Counted from the first letter of the stretch, positions 38,101-49,004 are shown. The stretch: DNA of 64,000 bases from Anaerobutyricum sp. (GCA_963638365.1 CAVHRK010000025.1:30705-94704), one strand, 5' to 3'. Made by a program: numbers and translations. Notes: generated by a model from the sequence alone, not told the origin.

Positions 38101-39408
38101 CGTGTCAGGGAAAAGCTGAACAAACAGCGTACGATCCGCTCCAGTGCCATCACGAAGGTGCCCTTTACCGAAGAAATGCGTAAGGACTACACGATTCTTG
38201 CCCCGCAGATGTCTCCGATCCACTTTGACGTCATTGAGGCTGCATTCCGCGCCTGCGGCTATAACTTCGAAATTCTTGGAAACGATAACCGCCGGGCGGT
38301 GGATGTCGGATTAAAATATGTAAACAACGATGCCTGCTACCCTTCTTTGATGGTGGTTGGCCAGATTATGGATGCTTTGCTTTCCGGTAAATATGATCTC
38401 AACAAGGTAGCCGTCATTATGACGCAGACAGGTGGTGGATGCCGTGCGACCAACTATGTCGGTTTTATCCGCCGTGCCCTGGAGAAAGCCGGTATGCCGC
38501 AGATCCCGGTAATTTCCCTGAATCTGGGCGGTATTGAAACAAACCCCGGTTTCCACTTAAATGCCGAAATGCTGATGCGTGTTGCCTACGCTGCCATCTT
38601 TGGTGATATCTTCATGCGCTGTGTATACCGTATGCGTCCTTATGAGCAGACGAAAGGCTCTGTAGAAGAAGTGCATCAGAAGTGGTTAAAGAAATGCCGT
38701 GAATTCGTTTCCAGAAAGCATATGAGTTTTGCAGTCTTTAACAGGATGTGTCAGCAGATTGTGGAAGACTTTGATGCGATTCCGATTACCAATGAGGTGA
38801 AGCCCCGCGTCGGTATCGTAGGTGAGATTCTGGTCAAATATGCACCGGCTGCCAACAATTACCTTGTAGATCTCCTGGAGTCCGAAGGGGCCGAAGCCGT
38901 TGTTCCGGATCTGGTAGACTTCATGCTCTACTGCTTCTACAACCAGATTTATAAGGCCGATTATCTGGGCATGAGCAAGAAGACCTCGATGATCTCCCGC
39001 TTCGGTATCCGTGGTATTGAATTCCTTCGCGGAAGTGCACGCCGTGCCTTTGAAAAGAGTACCCACTTTACGCCTCCGTGCAGCATTTACGAAACCGTAG
39101 AAAATGCAAAAACGATTGTAAATATTGGTAACCAGACCGGTGAAGGCTGGTTCCTGACCGGTGAAATGATTGAACTGATCCACAGCGGTGTCAACAACAT
39201 CGTCTGCACCCAGCCGTTTGCCTGCCTGCCTAACCATGTCGTAGGAAAAGGTGTGATCAAAGAGCTTCGCAAGCACTATCCGCTCAGCAACATTGTTGCC
39301 ATCGACTACGATCCCGGTGCCAGTGAAGTAAACCAGTTAAACCGTATTAAACTGATGCTCTCTACCGCTCAGAAAAATCTTCACAAGAAGGAGGAAGAAG
39401 CTTCATGA
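35161..39408 (+). CDS. Fusion of two BcrAD/BadFG (HgdC-type) activase ATPase domains with DUF2229 and 2-hydroxyacyl-CoA-dehydratase (HgdB-like) domains (1415 aa); candidate fused PlsA/PlsR-type enzyme
   Basis: Two ASKHA phosphate-1 motifs ([15 protein letters not shown] at about residue 8; [15 protein letters not shown] at about residue 323). A Cys cluster [30 protein letters not shown]. The C-terminal roughly 750 aa resemble what I recall of CoA-enzyme-activase DUF2229 plus the dehydratase D-component. Confidence 0.8.
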   Translation: MENKQYTLGIDIGSTTVKIAILDSAHNILFSDYKRHFANIRETLHSLLSDAYSQLGNIRLHPMITGSGGLTLANHLKVPFVQEVISVATALKEIAPKTDVAIELGGEDAKIIYFEGGNVEQRMNGICAGGTGSFIDQMASLLQTDAAGLNEYAKGYKSLYTIAARCGVFAKSDIQPLINEGATKEDLAASIFQAVVNQTISGLACGKPIRGHIAFLGGPLHFLSELKAAFIRTLKLDEEHTIETEHSHLFAAIGSALNAKEEVSYTMEEMVQKLSSDIKMEFEVERMDPLFASKEEYDAFCKRHETHHVKTADLSTYHGNCYLGIDAGSTTTKIALVGEDGSLLYSFYSSNDGSPLKTAIRSMKEISEQLPPDVHVVRSCSTGYGEQLMKAAFLLDDGEVETVAHYYAAAFFDPSVDCILDIGGQDMKCIKIKNQTVDSVQLNEACSSGCGSFIETFAKSLNYSVHDFAKAALFAEHPIDLGTRCTVFMNSKVKQAQKEGASVPDISAGLAYSVIKNALFKVIKVSDASALGKNIVVQGGTFYNDAVLRSFEKIAGCEAIRPDIAGIMGAFGAALIARERYSADYETTMLPFDKILSLQFETNMAKCKGCTNNCRLTINKFSGGRQYISGNRCERGLGKQKNENNVPNLFDYKLKRVFGYEPLSAEEATRGTVGIPRVLNMYENYPFWATFFKELGYRVVLSPVSNRKIYELGIESIPSESECYPAKLAHGHVSWLINQKVDFIFYPALFYERNEFEDANNHYNCPIVTSYSENIKNNVEEIERGEVILRNPFMSFRDLKTITEALVREFKELPSKEVIAASEKAWNELSAARTDMQKKGEETLQYLKETGKRGIVLAGRPYHIDPEINHGIPELITSYDIAVLTEDSVSHLAKPERPLIVSDQWMYHSRLYAAASYVKTVDNLDLIQLNSFGCGLDAVTTDQVNDILTGSDKIYTCLKIDEVNNLGAARIRIRSLLSAIRVREKLNKQRTIRSSAITKVPFTEEMRKDYTILAPQMSPIHFDVIEAAFRACGYNFEILGNDNRRAVDVGLKYVNNDACYPSLMVVGQIMDALLSGKYDLNKVAVIMTQTGGGCRATNYVGFIRRALEKAGMPQIPVISLNLGGIETNPGFHLNAEMLMRVAYAAIFGDIFMRCVYRMRPYEQTKGSVEEVHQKWLKKCREFVSRKHMSFAVFNRMCQQIVEDFDAIPITNEVKPRVGIVGEILVKYAPAANNYLVDLLESEGAEAVVPDLVDFMLYCFYNQIYKADYLGMSKKTSMISRFGIRGIEFLRGSARRAFEKSTHFTPPCSIYETVENAKTIVNIGNQTGEGWFLTGEMIELIHSGVNNIVCTQPFACLPNHVVGKGVIKELRKHYPLSNIVAIDYDPGASEVNQLNRIKLMLSTAQKNLHKKEEEAS

Positions 39409-40562
39409 TCAAACAGGAAATCAATGAACTGAAACGTCTTTATACCCCAAGCAACTGCTCCATTACCAGAATCTGCGGCTGCTATGTCGATGGTGAAAAG
39501 AATAAAAAGACTGAATTTAAAGAAGCCTTTCTCTCCCTCCCGGAAGAAGAGATTTTTAAATACTTCGAACTGCTGCGTAAAACCCTATCGGGGAGCCTCG
39601 GAAAGAATCTTTTAAATCTGGACTTTCCCCTTGCAAGCGAACAGGAAGGTGGCACCCAGGCTGCTCTTCTTGCGCTGCGGGACAGTAAATTAAAAGATGA
39701 TGCCTTAATTGAAGAGTTTTATGACCGTGTGATCGGCACTTATGAATACGTCGGCAACTACCTGATTCTGCTCATTCATGACGCTTACGACGTCCCCGGA
39801 AAAACCACGGACGGCTTAACCATGGACGATGCTTCCGATACGGTATTTGAATACATCATGTGCTGTATCTGTCCGGTGAATCTCTCAAAGCCCGGTTTAA
39901 GCTATGACAGCATCAACAACGAATTCCATAACCGTATCCGCGACTGGGTGGTAGAAATGCCAGAAACCGGCTTTCTCTTCCCAAGCTTCAACGACCGTGC
40001 GACCGATATTCACTCCACACTCTTCTATTCCAAGAATCCGGAAGAAGCGCATGGCGAATTCGTTGAAAACATTCTCGGTTGTACCATGCCCTTGTCTGCC
40101 GGGACACAAAAGGAAGCCTTTCAGGCTTTAATCGAGGAAACCCTCGGTGATGAGGTCGAATACGAAGTGGTGAAAAATATCCATGAGAATTTAACGGAAA
40201 TGATTGAAGAACATAAGGAAATTCCGGAGCCTCTGACTCTTGACAAGCATCAGGTGAAAAACCTCTTCGAAAAGAGCGGTGTCAAGGAAGAAAAGCTGAC
40301 CGATTTTGATAAGCTCTATGATGCAGCTGCCGGAGAAGATACCTCTCTCTTTGTAAACAATGTGGCGAATGTCCGCACCTTCGAAGTAAAGACTCCCGAC
40401 GTTGTTGTAAAGGTGAATCCGGAACGCGCGGATCTGGTCAACACCCTGCAGATCGATGGCAAGCGCTGTCTCGTCATTGAAATCAACGATCATGTCGAAG
40501 TGAACGGCATCACCATTCATCAGGGTGTATCCTTAGAAGATGTGGCGGATGAAGAAGTATAA
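39405..40562 (+). CDS. DUF4317-like acidic cytoplasmic protein (385 aa)
   Basis: Start overlaps the upstream stop in ATGA. The N-terminal pattern ..[27 protein letters not shown].. matches my memory of DUF4317 proteins. Not searched. Confidence 0.6.
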   Translation: MIKQEINELKRLYTPSNCSITRICGCYVDGEKNKKTEFKEAFLSLPEEEIFKYFELLRKTLSGSLGKNLLNLDFPLASEQEGGTQAALLALRDSKLKDDALIEEFYDRVIGTYEYVGNYLILLIHDAYDVPGKTTDGLTMDDASDTVFEYIMCCICPVNLSKPGLSYDSINNEFHNRIRDWVVEMPETGFLFPSFNDRATDIHSTLFYSKNPEEAHGEFVENILGCTMPLSAGTQKEAFQALIEETLGDEVEYEVVKNIHENLTEMIEEHKEIPEPLTLDKHQVKNLFEKSGVKEEKLTDFDKLYDAAAGEDTSLFVNNVANVRTFEVKTPDVVVKVNPERADLVNTLQIDGKRCLVIEINDHVEVNGITIHQGVSLEDVADEEV

Positions 40563-40613
40563 GAAATTTAATTTTATTCTTTATTTGTAATAATTGTTAT
40601 GTGTATCAATAAT

Positions 40614-40664
40614 AAAAAATGCTGATAACCAAATTCTTTTCTAAATGGTTATCAGCATTTTTAC
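40614..40664. terminator. Bidirectional rho-independent terminator between convergent genes
   Basis: Perfect 14-bp stem AATGCTGATAACCA / TGGTTATCAGCATT (40618-40631 and 40646-40659), flanked by an A-run upstream and a T-run downstream. Confidence 0.85.
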
Positions 40665-40679
40665 TGTCCTGTTAAAAAT

Positions 40680-41900
40680 TTATGCAAACAGATCACGATA
40701 CCAGCGCAGAGCCGCAATGTACGCATCATATACCTGTTTGGAATCCATGTGATTCAGTAACATGGTGCGGTCAATTTCCTGCCAGTTTGCACTCTCATAC
40801 TGCTTCACAAACTCTAATACCGGAGCGAAGTGTCCTTTGTCCTCAATGAGTGCTTCCTCGATCTCCTTAGAAACCTTCACCATCTTAAGGGCCTCTTCCA
40901 TCGGCTTATTGATAATGAGATCCAGTACGGAGAACAGTCCCATTAAGAACAACTCTCCTGCCTGACCGCCCATCTCGAAAGCAACCGCCAGATTCTCTGC
41001 GAATTTCGCACGAAGCAGGGAAACCCGCATAATCTCATTCGGACGATCTGCACAAAGCTGGTTGGTAACCGCGGTATTGATCCATTTCTTCAATTCCTTC
41101 TGTCCTAACATTGCTGCTGCATGACGGATGGAGGTAATTTCGGAATTTACCGTCATATGGTTCACCATCTTCAAAAGGGAAATTACAAGCGCGGTATCTC
41201 TTCCGATGACATCTGCTGCTTTCGTCAGATCAAAGTCCGGTTCATTCACAATATTCAAAAGTTCAATATAATTGACCTTCAACGGAGCGACCTTTGCTTC
41301 TCCCTTCGTTACCGGCATACGGTAGAACGCACCTTCATAGAGCTGATAGCCGCCCTCTGCCTTCAACTGTTCGAAAATCTCCTGTGTATCAATATTTCCG
41401 GCACAAAGCCTGATGTTCGGATAAATTTTCGTAAAATAAATTCTTGCCTTCGTAATATCAATCTTCTTATGATCGAGCAGAATATAATCCATCAGAAGAA
41501 GAACCTGACGGTAATCCTCAAAGCTGGATACAGGCAGTTTACGGATTGCCAGCTTATATCCGCTGTTCTTTAATTCCTTCAGACGGTTAACATACATATC
41601 ATTAGGCAGAACAGCATTGTCCACAAGCAGTACCACGCGGTCATGTGGTGCCTTGCACTGTTCATCAATATCCGTAAACAGGGAAATATTATTTACCGAA
41701 ATAAACACTTCCTTATCTCCGGAAAGGGTTTCAATTCCCATATTTTCAATCAGTTCAAACCCCTGAATCTGTCCTACGCCATCATTCATTCCGGTTCCTA
41801 AGAAACTGGGATTTAAAAGAAAATTCTTCTTCTGGGTAAATAAGGAATATGCCTTTACGGTCATATTTTCATCAAATAAAGGGATTAACGTTGCAAGCAT
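40680..41900 (-). CDS. EAL-like plus HDOD domain signalling protein (COG3434/YuxH-like)
   Basis: C-terminal HDOD pattern: ..VISLLKMVNHMTVNSEITSIRHAAAMLGQKELKKW... The N-terminal 200 aa are EAL-like, but the expected YELL(F/Y)R signature reads AYSLFTQ, so the catalytic Glu appears to be replaced. Confidence 0.65.
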   Translation of the reverse strand: MLATLIPLFDENMTVKAYSLFTQKKNFLLNPSFLGTGMNDGVGQIQGFELIENMGIETLSGDKEVFISVNNISLFTDIDEQCKAPHDRVVLLVDNAVLPNDMYVNRLKELKNSGYKLAIRKLPVSSFEDYRQVLLLMDYILLDHKKIDITKARIYFTKIYPNIRLCAGNIDTQEIFEQLKAEGGYQLYEGAFYRMPVTKGEAKVAPLKVNYIELLNIVNEPDFDLTKAADVIGRDTALVISLLKMVNHMTVNSEITSIRHAAAMLGQKELKKWINTAVTNQLCADRPNEIMRVSLLRAKFAENLAVAFEMGGQAGELFLMGLFSVLDLIINKPMEEALKMVKVSKEIEEALIEDKGHFAPVLEFVKQYESANWQEIDRTMLLNHMDSKQVYDAYIAALRWYRDLFA

Positions 41901-41932
41901 CTTATCTTCGCCTTTCTCTCCAAATAGTCATG

Positions 41933-41948
41933 TTTATTGTACAATAAA
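41933..41948. promoter_or_regulatory. Perfect 16-bp palindrome TTTATTGTACAATAAA upstream of the HDOD gene
   Basis: Read directly. It lies 33-48 nt upstream of the HDOD start codon and 14 nt downstream of the asparaginase stop. Confidence 0.3.
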
Positions 41949-41961
41949 ATTCATCCAGTGT

Positions 41962-42993
41962 CTACTCACCACATACTTCTTCTGTTAAAAAAGAACACAA
42001 TTTTTCATTCGAATATCCAAGTGCTCCCGCCAGAAGTGTTTTTACATAAACCATCTCTTTCGTCATTCCGTATACCGGAATTGCTCCTGCTTCCAGCATC
42101 CATACGGCAGACGCATAGGCTGCCTCCCCAGGGCAAGGAGTTACCACCACCGGGATCTTTGCTTCCCTGCACCGCGCAAGGAAAGGAAGTAGGGAATATG
42201 GTGAGTCCTGCTCCTCTTTCGCCCCTCCGATGCAGGCTGTTGCGGAGTGATACAGTCCATGTACGACTGCACGGACATCTTTATCGAGTGAAATCCGCTG
42301 ATAATTGAGTCCTACATACGGTTCAATACGAAGCACATCACTTCTCAGTTCCCCAATCCGGGACAGGTCAATTCCATTACCGTTCCGCTGGCTGCTGATC
42401 CCATCATGATTCAATTCTTCCGTTAAACATATGGCATCACGGCTATAAAAGTCATTGGAATAATCCCCGCTGCTTACCAGATGTCCACCATGATGAAGGT
42501 AACATCTTCCATCCTCATTCCGGTACACCACATAGACACCCGGATGAATTCCTGCACAGATCAGCTCTACTGAACGCCGGAAATTCTCATTTCCATTCGC
42601 GCCCTCCTGATTAAGCGGCAGCTGACTGGATACCAGAAACACCGGCACTTCCACTTTTGATAATGCGAGTGCAAGCAGGGAAGACGTATAGGCCAGGGTA
42701 TCCGTACCATGTGCAATCACAATTCCCCGATACTGCGAGAGATCACGGTTTTTCAGGAAGCAGAGTAATTCGTTCCATTTCGGAATCGTCATATTCTCGC
42801 TTAAGGTATTTAAAATGGTGACTACCTCAAATTTTTCATGTGCACAGGGAGAATCCGAATCTTCAAAGTACTGCAGGAGCAGCGCTTTTGCCTTCTGAAT
42901 GTCCACATCGCGCCGGTTCCCCTGTTCATCCCCAAAGGAACAGATCGTACCCCCGGTTAACAATAGCAAAATTTTCGCTTCATTTTCCATCAT
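41962..42993 (-). CDS. L-asparaginase family protein (type I-like)
   Basis: Both asparaginase signatures are intact: LLLTGGTICS and GIVIAHGTDTLAYT. I prefer the MMENE start (GGAGAG about 10 nt upstream), 4 nt after the ugd stop. Confidence 0.8.
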   Translation of the reverse strand: MMENEAKILLLLTGGTICSFGDEQGNRRDVDIQKAKALLLQYFEDSDSPCAHEKFEVVTILNTLSENMTIPKWNELLCFLKNRDLSQYRGIVIAHGTDTLAYTSSLLALALSKVEVPVFLVSSQLPLNQEGANGNENFRRSVELICAGIHPGVYVVYRNEDGRCYLHHGGHLVSSGDYSNDFYSRDAICLTEELNHDGISSQRNGNGIDLSRIGELRSDVLRIEPYVGLNYQRISLDKDVRAVVHGLYHSATACIGGAKEEQDSPYSLLPFLARCREAKIPVVVTPCPGEAAYASAVWMLEAGAIPVYGMTKEMVYVKTLLAGALGYSNEKLCSFLTEEVCGE

Positions 42994-42997
42994 GCAT

Positions 42998-44230
42998 TTA
43001 GTCTCTCCGGAACACATCCCTTGTATAGACCTTTTCTTTTACATCGTCCAGACAGGCATCGTAACGGTTTGCAATGATTGCCTGGCTCATTTCCTTAAAC
43101 TTCGAAAGATCATTGACTACACGGCTTCCAAAAAAGGTACTTCCATCCTCCAGTGTCGGCTCATAAACAATCACGGTTGCACCCTTTGCCTTAATCCGCT
43201 TCATAACGCCCTGAATGGAGGACTGACGGAAATTATCGGAATTGGACTTCATGGTAAGGCGGTATACGCCAACCACAACTTCCTTTTCCTTATCCAGTTC
43301 ATATTCCCCGTTCGCTTCATAGCACCCGGCCAGCTCCAGCACACGGTCCGCAATAAATTCCTTCCGTGTACGGTTGCTGTCTACGATGGCCGTCATCATA
43401 TTCTGTGGTACATCCTGATAGTTGGCAAGAAGCTGCTTCGTATCCTTAGGCAGGCAGTAGCCGCCGTAACCAAAGGAAGGATTGTTATACTGATCCCCGA
43501 TACGTGGGTCGAGACAGACTCCCTTAATGATCTGCCGGGTATCAAGGCCCTTCATCTCTGCATACGTGTCCAGTTCATTAAAATACGATACACGCAGTGC
43601 CAGATAGGTATTGGCAAACAGCTTCACGGCTTCTGCCTCCGTATATCCCATAATTAAAGTATCGATGTTCTCTTTGATGGCTCCCTGTTGTAAGAGGTGT
43701 GCAAAAGTATGGGCAGCCTCCACAAGCTCCGGATTCTCCATATCCGTTCCCACGATAATTCTGGATGGATACAGATTGTCATACAGTGCCTTGGATTCTC
43801 TTAAAAACTCCGGGCTGAACAGCATCCGGTCACAGTGGTACTTCTCCCGTACCGCAACCGTAAAGCCGACCGGAATGGTTGACTTGATTACCATAATGGC
43901 CTTCGGATTTACCTTCATCACAAGCTGGATGACCGCTTCTACCGCAGAGGTATCGAAGAAATTCTTCTTGGAATCGTAATTGGTCGGCGTTGCAATTACG
44001 ACAAACTCTGCATCCCGGTAAGCAGCTTCTGCATCCGTGGTTGCCACGAGATTTAATTCCTTTTCCTTTAAGTATTTCTCAATATATTCATCCTGAATCG
44101 GTGACTTGTGCTGATTGATCAGGTTCACCTTTTCTTCTATAATATCCACTGCCATCACTTCATTGTGCTGTGCCAGCAATGTCGCAATACTTAAACCCAC
44201 ATATCCTGTTCCTGCTACTGCAATCTTCAT
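42998..44230 (-). CDS. ugd: UDP-glucose 6-dehydrogenase
   Basis: [14 protein letters not shown] Rossmann start and the catalytic-Cys context [10 protein letters not shown]. The start overlaps the epimerase stop in ATGA. Confidence 0.9.
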   Translation of the reverse strand: MKIAVAGTGYVGLSIATLLAQHNEVMAVDIIEEKVNLINQHKSPIQDEYIEKYLKEKELNLVATTDAEAAYRDAEFVVIATPTNYDSKKNFFDTSAVEAVIQLVMKVNPKAIMVIKSTIPVGFTVAVREKYHCDRMLFSPEFLRESKALYDNLYPSRIIVGTDMENPELVEAAHTFAHLLQQGAIKENIDTLIMGYTEAEAVKLFANTYLALRVSYFNELDTYAEMKGLDTRQIIKGVCLDPRIGDQYNNPSFGYGGYCLPKDTKQLLANYQDVPQNMMTAIVDSNRTRKEFIADRVLELAGCYEANGEYELDKEKEVVVGVYRLTMKSNSDNFRQSSIQGVMKRIKAKGATVIVYEPTLEDGSTFFGSRVVNDLSKFKEMSQAIIANRYDACLDDVKEKVYTRDVFRRD

Positions 44231-45327
44231 CTGTTTTCCTCCCGACTGTAAAATTTCCGATACCACTGTGCAAAATTCCTTAACCCGGTTCGTAAATCAG
44301 TCTTCGGGCAGTAACCAAAGTCCTCCTGCAAAGCCTTCGTATCGGCATAGGTGACCGGCACATCTCCCGGCTGCATCGGTACAAGCTTCTTATGTGCCTC
44401 AAAATCATAATCTGCAGGAAGGACTCCTGCTGCAACCAGTTCCTGCTGCAGAATATCCACAAAATCCAGCAGGTTCTCCGGATGTCCTCCTCCAATATTA
44501 TACACCTTATACGGAGGAACCGGTAATCCGTCTGCCCCGTTTACCCGCTCCGGCGCACCCTTCATGACACGCACGATTCCTTCCACAATATCATCCACAT
44601 AGGTAAAATCCCTGCGGCAGTTTCCATAGTTAAAAATGTCAATCGTCTTCCCCTGAAGAAGCTTATTCGTAAAACCAAAGTAGGCCATATCCGGTCTTCC
44701 TGCCGGTCCGTAAACCGTAAAGAACCGCAATCCCGTAGAGGGAATGTTATATAGCTTACTATAGGCATGCGCAAACAATTCATTCGATTTCTTCGTTGCC
44801 GCATACAGGGAAACGGGATGATCGACCTGATCCTCCGTAGAAAACGGCACTTTCTCGTTCCCACCATAAACGGAAGAAGACGATGCATATACGAGGTGTG
44901 CAACGCCCTGTTTTCCATCATCATAGGAATGACGGCACGCCTCTAAGAGATTATAAAATCCAATCATATTAGAGGAAATATATGCATCCGGATTCGTAAT
45001 GGAATACCGTACTCCCGCCTGTGCGGCAAGATTCACAACAACCTGCGGTTCATAGGAAGCAAACACCTCCTCGACGCTCTGCCGGTCTGCAATATCTGCT
45101 TTTTTGAAAATCCATTCCGTTTCCGGATGTTCTTTGGATAACTTCCCGATTTGCTCAAGTCTCCACTCTTTAATGCGGACATCGTAATAATCATTCAGAT
45201 TGTCCATACCGATGATCCTTGCCGGAGCCTCCTCTTTTAAAAGCTTCATCACAAGATTGGCTCCGATAAATCCGGCAGCCCCGGTAATGAAAATTGTGGT
45301 TTCCTTTAGGTTTAACTTATGCATCAT
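44227..45327 (-). CDS. NAD-dependent epimerase, UDP-glucuronate 4-epimerase-like
   Basis: [29 protein letters not shown] (YxxxK), and the [11 protein letters not shown] motif typical of UDP-GlcA 4-epimerases. Confidence 0.8.
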   Translation of the reverse strand: MMHKLNLKETTIFITGAAGFIGANLVMKLLKEEAPARIIGMDNLNDYYDVRIKEWRLEQIGKLSKEHPETEWIFKKADIADRQSVEEVFASYEPQVVVNLAAQAGVRYSITNPDAYISSNMIGFYNLLEACRHSYDDGKQGVAHLVYASSSSVYGGNEKVPFSTEDQVDHPVSLYAATKKSNELFAHAYSKLYNIPSTGLRFFTVYGPAGRPDMAYFGFTNKLLQGKTIDIFNYGNCRRDFTYVDDIVEGIVRVMKGAPERVNGADGLPVPPYKVYNIGGGHPENLLDFVDILQQELVAAGVLPADYDFEAHKKLVPMQPGDVPVTYADTKALQEDFGYCPKTDLRTGLRNFAQWYRKFYSREENR

Positions 45328-45872
45328 TTATTCTATTAATCCCTCCAGATCATGGAATGATCTATTTTCTGATAACCCACATAAAGTAGGACTTATATGC
45401 TTTTATGTAATCAGCATACGCGCCCTACTTTTGTGACTGGTATAATTATATATACTTTACCATTAATTCAGATAATTGTAAATGTCCTCGTTGCCTCCCA
45501 CTTTATTCTCCGGAACGATTGGACAAATGATTCCCAAATAACTTCCCCTGAAATCTGAGTTTCCCTATCATCCTGAATTTAACTCACATACATTACATGT
45601 TTTGATTCTGCCCTTCTCCCAAATCCCTCAGCAAGCCTTGGGTTACTGTGATATAAGCAATTGCGGTAACCGGGCATTCATGTAATTAATCCCCCTTTCT
45701 GTTCCCATCATATAATGAAAACTGTTACTGTAAGGATTTTCACATCGAATTGCATCATTTCAGCAATAAAAAAATCTATCCTTCCTATTTGAGTCTTTCA
45801 TTGACTTGATTTCGGAAACAATCCTGAAATATGACAGTTTAAGCCCGATAAACATTTTGAAAAGTGTTGATT

Positions 45873-48137
45873 TTATCTGCTTTTCCAGATATCCCGCTCA
45901 TACTCTTCAATCGTCCGGTCGGAAGAAAAGTATCCGGCTTTTGCAATGTTCACAAGCATCATCTTCGCGAATTTCTCACGGTCGTTGTAGCAGGCATAGG
46001 CCTCTTCCTTCTTTGCACAGTACGCTTTAAAGTCAAGGAGTGTCATAAACCAGTCCTTATTTAAAAGTTCCTTCTGTAAGCGCGTAAGGTTCTCCTCCTG
46101 CCCGATCGCAAGGAGTTCTTTCGATGTAAGGAAATCAACTGCTTCCTTAATTTCCGGATCCCTGTCATAAAAGTCCTTCGATACATAATCGGCTTTTTCA
46201 TAATGCGCAATGACTTCTTCACTGGATGCGCCGAAAATAAAGATATTATCATCTCCGACAAGCTCATGGATTTCTACATTCGCACCGTCTTCGGTTCCGA
46301 GCGTTACCGCACCGTTTAACATGAACTTCATGTTGCCGGTTCCGCTCGCCTCCTTGGAAGCCAGCGAAATCTGCTCGGAAAGATCGGTTGCCGGGATCAG
46401 CTTCTCTGCCTTGGTCACATTATAGTTTTCGACCATAACCACCTTTAGGTACGGGCTTACCTCCGGATCTGCATTCACAAGCTCCTGCAGGCACAGGATC
46501 AGATGAATGATGTCCTTCGCAATCACATATGCCGGTGCTGCCTTGGCGCCAAAGATCACGGTAACCGGGGTTTCCGGTTTCTTTCCTGCCTTGATTTCCA
46601 GATATTTATGTATCACAAACAGCGCGTTCATCTGCTGCCGCTTGTATTCATGCAGACGCTTGATCTGGGTATCGAAAATACTGTCCGGATTTAAAGTGAT
46701 GTTCTGTGTTTCCTTTAAGTAAGCACACAGCTCCTTCTTATTTTCCATCTTCACATCCAGGAGCTTTTGAAGGAATGCCGGATCATCCTGATAAGCCAGG
46801 AGCTTTGTTAACTCCATGGCATCCTTCCGGTATCCTCTTCCGATCGTCTCATCAAGCAGAGCGGTAAGTCTGGGATTACAGTGTAAGAGCCAGCGCCGGA
46901 ACGTGATGCCGTTTGTCTTATTGTTAAACTTCTCCGGATATAGCTCATAAAAGGGATGAAGCTCAGTCTTTTTCAAAATATCCGTGTGCAGGGATGCGAC
47001 ACCGTTTACCGAAAAGCCGTAATGAATATCCAGGTGTGCCATATGCACGGTGTCATTGCGGTCGATGATCACTACCTTTTCATCATCGAATTTACGGCGT
47101 ACCCTGTCGTCAAGAACCTCAATGATCGGAACGAGCTGCGGCACAACCTTATTCAGATAGGCAATCGGCCACTTTTCCAGTGCTTCTGCCAGAATCGTAT
47201 GATTCGTATAGGCACAGGTCTTCGATACAATGTCAATAGCTTCGTCCATCGAAATGCCCTGCTCCATTAAAAGCCGGATCAGCTCCGGAATAATCATGGT
47301 CGGATGCGTATCGTTAATCTGGATCACCGCATAGTCTGACAGGTCATGCAGGTTTGATCCCCGCTTCACGCTTTCGTCCAGAATGAGCTGTGCACCGCTG
47401 CTTACCATAAAATACTGCTGGTAAATACGAAGCTGTCTTCCCTCTTCATCGGAATCGTCCGGATAAAGAAACAGCGTCAGATTCTTTGCAATATCCGTTT
47501 TATCAAAGGAAATGCCATCCTGCACCAGAGTCTCATCCACAGAATCCAGATCAAATAAATGAAGCTTATTGGTATGGTTTTCATAACCGGTCACATCAAT
47601 ATCATACATTCTGGCATTCACTTTGAGATCGCCAAAGCTTACCGGATAAACCACCTCGGTACGGTTTAACCAGCTTTGCGGCTCCATCCAGGGATTCGGG
47701 GTTTCCTTCTGCAGGTTCTTTTCAAACTCCTGCTTAAAAAGTCCCAGATGATAATTCAATCCGATTCCATCTCCGTTTAGACCTAAGGTTGCCATGGAAT
47801 CAAGGAAGCAGGCTGCCAGTCTTCCCAGACCACCGTTCCCAAGTGAAGGCTCCGGCTCGATCTCTTCGATTGCGGCAAGACTCTTTCCGCTCTCCGAAAG
47901 AATGGTCTTTACCTCGTCATAGATTCCTAAGTTAATCAGATTGTTGGAAAGAAGCTTGCCAATCAGGAACTCTGCGGAAACATAGTAGATCTTCTTTCCT
48001 TTCTGTTCACTCTGCGCATGCTCTCTTTCCTTTGCCATCTCTTTCACAAGCTGAAGGAGCATAACATAAATTTCTCTTTCACTTGCTTCCGGAATGGACT
48101 TTCCAAGTTTTTGTTCCAAAAATTCTTTGTTCAACAT
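45873..48137 (-). CDS. glgP: Glycogen/maltodextrin phosphorylase (GT35)
   Basis: 754 aa, with the PLP-site context [14 protein letters not shown]. Confidence 0.95.
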   Translation of the reverse strand: MLNKEFLEQKLGKSIPEASEREIYVMLLQLVKEMAKEREHAQSEQKGKKIYYVSAEFLIGKLLSNNLINLGIYDEVKTILSESGKSLAAIEEIEPEPSLGNGGLGRLAACFLDSMATLGLNGDGIGLNYHLGLFKQEFEKNLQKETPNPWMEPQSWLNRTEVVYPVSFGDLKVNARMYDIDVTGYENHTNKLHLFDLDSVDETLVQDGISFDKTDIAKNLTLFLYPDDSDEEGRQLRIYQQYFMVSSGAQLILDESVKRGSNLHDLSDYAVIQINDTHPTMIIPELIRLLMEQGISMDEAIDIVSKTCAYTNHTILAEALEKWPIAYLNKVVPQLVPIIEVLDDRVRRKFDDEKVVIIDRNDTVHMAHLDIHYGFSVNGVASLHTDILKKTELHPFYELYPEKFNNKTNGITFRRWLLHCNPRLTALLDETIGRGYRKDAMELTKLLAYQDDPAFLQKLLDVKMENKKELCAYLKETQNITLNPDSIFDTQIKRLHEYKRQQMNALFVIHKYLEIKAGKKPETPVTVIFGAKAAPAYVIAKDIIHLILCLQELVNADPEVSPYLKVVMVENYNVTKAEKLIPATDLSEQISLASKEASGTGNMKFMLNGAVTLGTEDGANVEIHELVGDDNIFIFGASSEEVIAHYEKADYVSKDFYDRDPEIKEAVDFLTSKELLAIGQEENLTRLQKELLNKDWFMTLLDFKAYCAKKEEAYACYNDREKFAKMMLVNIAKAGYFSSDRTIEEYERDIWKSR

Positions 48138-48161
48138 CTCATGTTCTCCTTTACGGGGGAA

Positions 48162-49004
48162 TTATCCTTTTACGGCTCCGGATGCCACACCTTTAATAAT
48201 ATATTTCTGTCCGGACAGATAAACAATAATAATCGGGATAATGGTTAACATAATACTTGCCATCATCGGTCCCATTTCCACTCTTCCGTAGCTTCCGCGG
48301 AAGTACTGGATAAGCATCGGGATCGTCTTATATTTCTTGATATCCAGCACCAGTGTCGGAAGCAGATAATCGTTCCATACCCACATGGCTTCCAGAATTC
48401 CTACAGAAATCATGGTCGGTGCCAGCATATGCATATCAATCTTAAAGAACGTCTGGATGGGGTTACAGCCATCGATCAGGGCAGCCTCTTCTACTTCAAG
48501 TGGAATGGACTTCACAAATCCGCAGAACATGAATACCGCAAGTCCTGCTCCGAATCCAAGATAGATCACCCAGATATTCCAGGGCGTGTTCAGGTGAAGC
48601 TTATCTGCGGTCTGTGATAAGGTGAACATGACCATCTGGAAAGGAACTACCATCGAAAAGACAAACAGGAAATAAAGTACCTTCGAAAGGATGCCCTTTA
48701 CGCGGGTGATGTACCACGCACACATGGAACAGAAAAGCAGAATCGCTGCTACGGAGGTAATCGTAATAAATAAGCTGTAGCCTAAGCTGTTCAAAAAGCC
48801 TTTGGCCTCAATGGCATTGATATAGTTTTCCAAACCTGCAAAGGTTTCTGCGGTAGGAAGCTGAAAAACGCTTCCGGTGCTGATGGCAGATTCCTTCTTC
48901 AGGGAATTAATCAAAATCATAAATACAGGATAAATCCACAACAGGGAGAGAATCGTCAAAATCACAACTAATATGGTATTTCCGATTTTTTTCTTTGTAT
49001 TCAT
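48162..49004 (-). CDS. Sugar ABC transporter permease (MalG-like)
   Basis: EAA loop EEAALIDGCNPIQTFFKIDM; six TM segments. Confidence 0.9.
   Translation of the reverse strand: MNTKKKIGNTILVVILTILSLLWIYPVFMILINSLKKESAISTGSVFQLPTAETFAGLENYINAIEAKGFLNSLGYSLFITITSVAAILLFCSMCAWYITRVKGILSKVLYFLFVFSMVVPFQMVMFTLSQTADKLHLNTPWNIWVIYLGFGAGLAVFMFCGFVKSIPLEVEEAALIDGCNPIQTFFKIDMHMLAPTMISVGILEAMWVWNDYLLPTLVLDIKKYKTIPMLIQYFRGSYGRVEMGPMMASIMLTIIPIIIVYLSGQKYIIKGVASGAVKG

Noticed and set aside
35161-39408. Calling the 1415-aa protein a benzoyl-CoA reductase or 2-hydroxyglutaryl-CoA dehydratase
   Set aside because: Only the family architecture is visible. No partner CoA-transferase or aromatic or amino-acid fermentation genes are adjacent. 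A specific substrate call would be invented.
42899-43657. 252-aa plus-strand ORF, and similar long antisense ORFs at 33898-34554, 38686-39276, 19301-19819, 24288-24779, 2777-3280 and 5478-5885
   Set aside because: All lie entirely inside well-supported genes on the opposite strand (ugd, the sigma-like and membrane genes, the activase fusion, the phosphoesterase, alaS, the NHL gene and the SBP). They have low-complexity or Arg/Ser/Leu/His-rich compositions, no recognisable motifs and no ribosome-binding sites. They are shadow ORFs.
45328-45872. A known riboswitch class in the long leader (c-di-GMP I/II, cobalamin, TPP, SAM, ZTP, guanidine, glycine, T-box)
   Set aside because: I could not find the conserved core sequences of any of these as I remember them. 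It is left as an unclassified leader rather than a named element.
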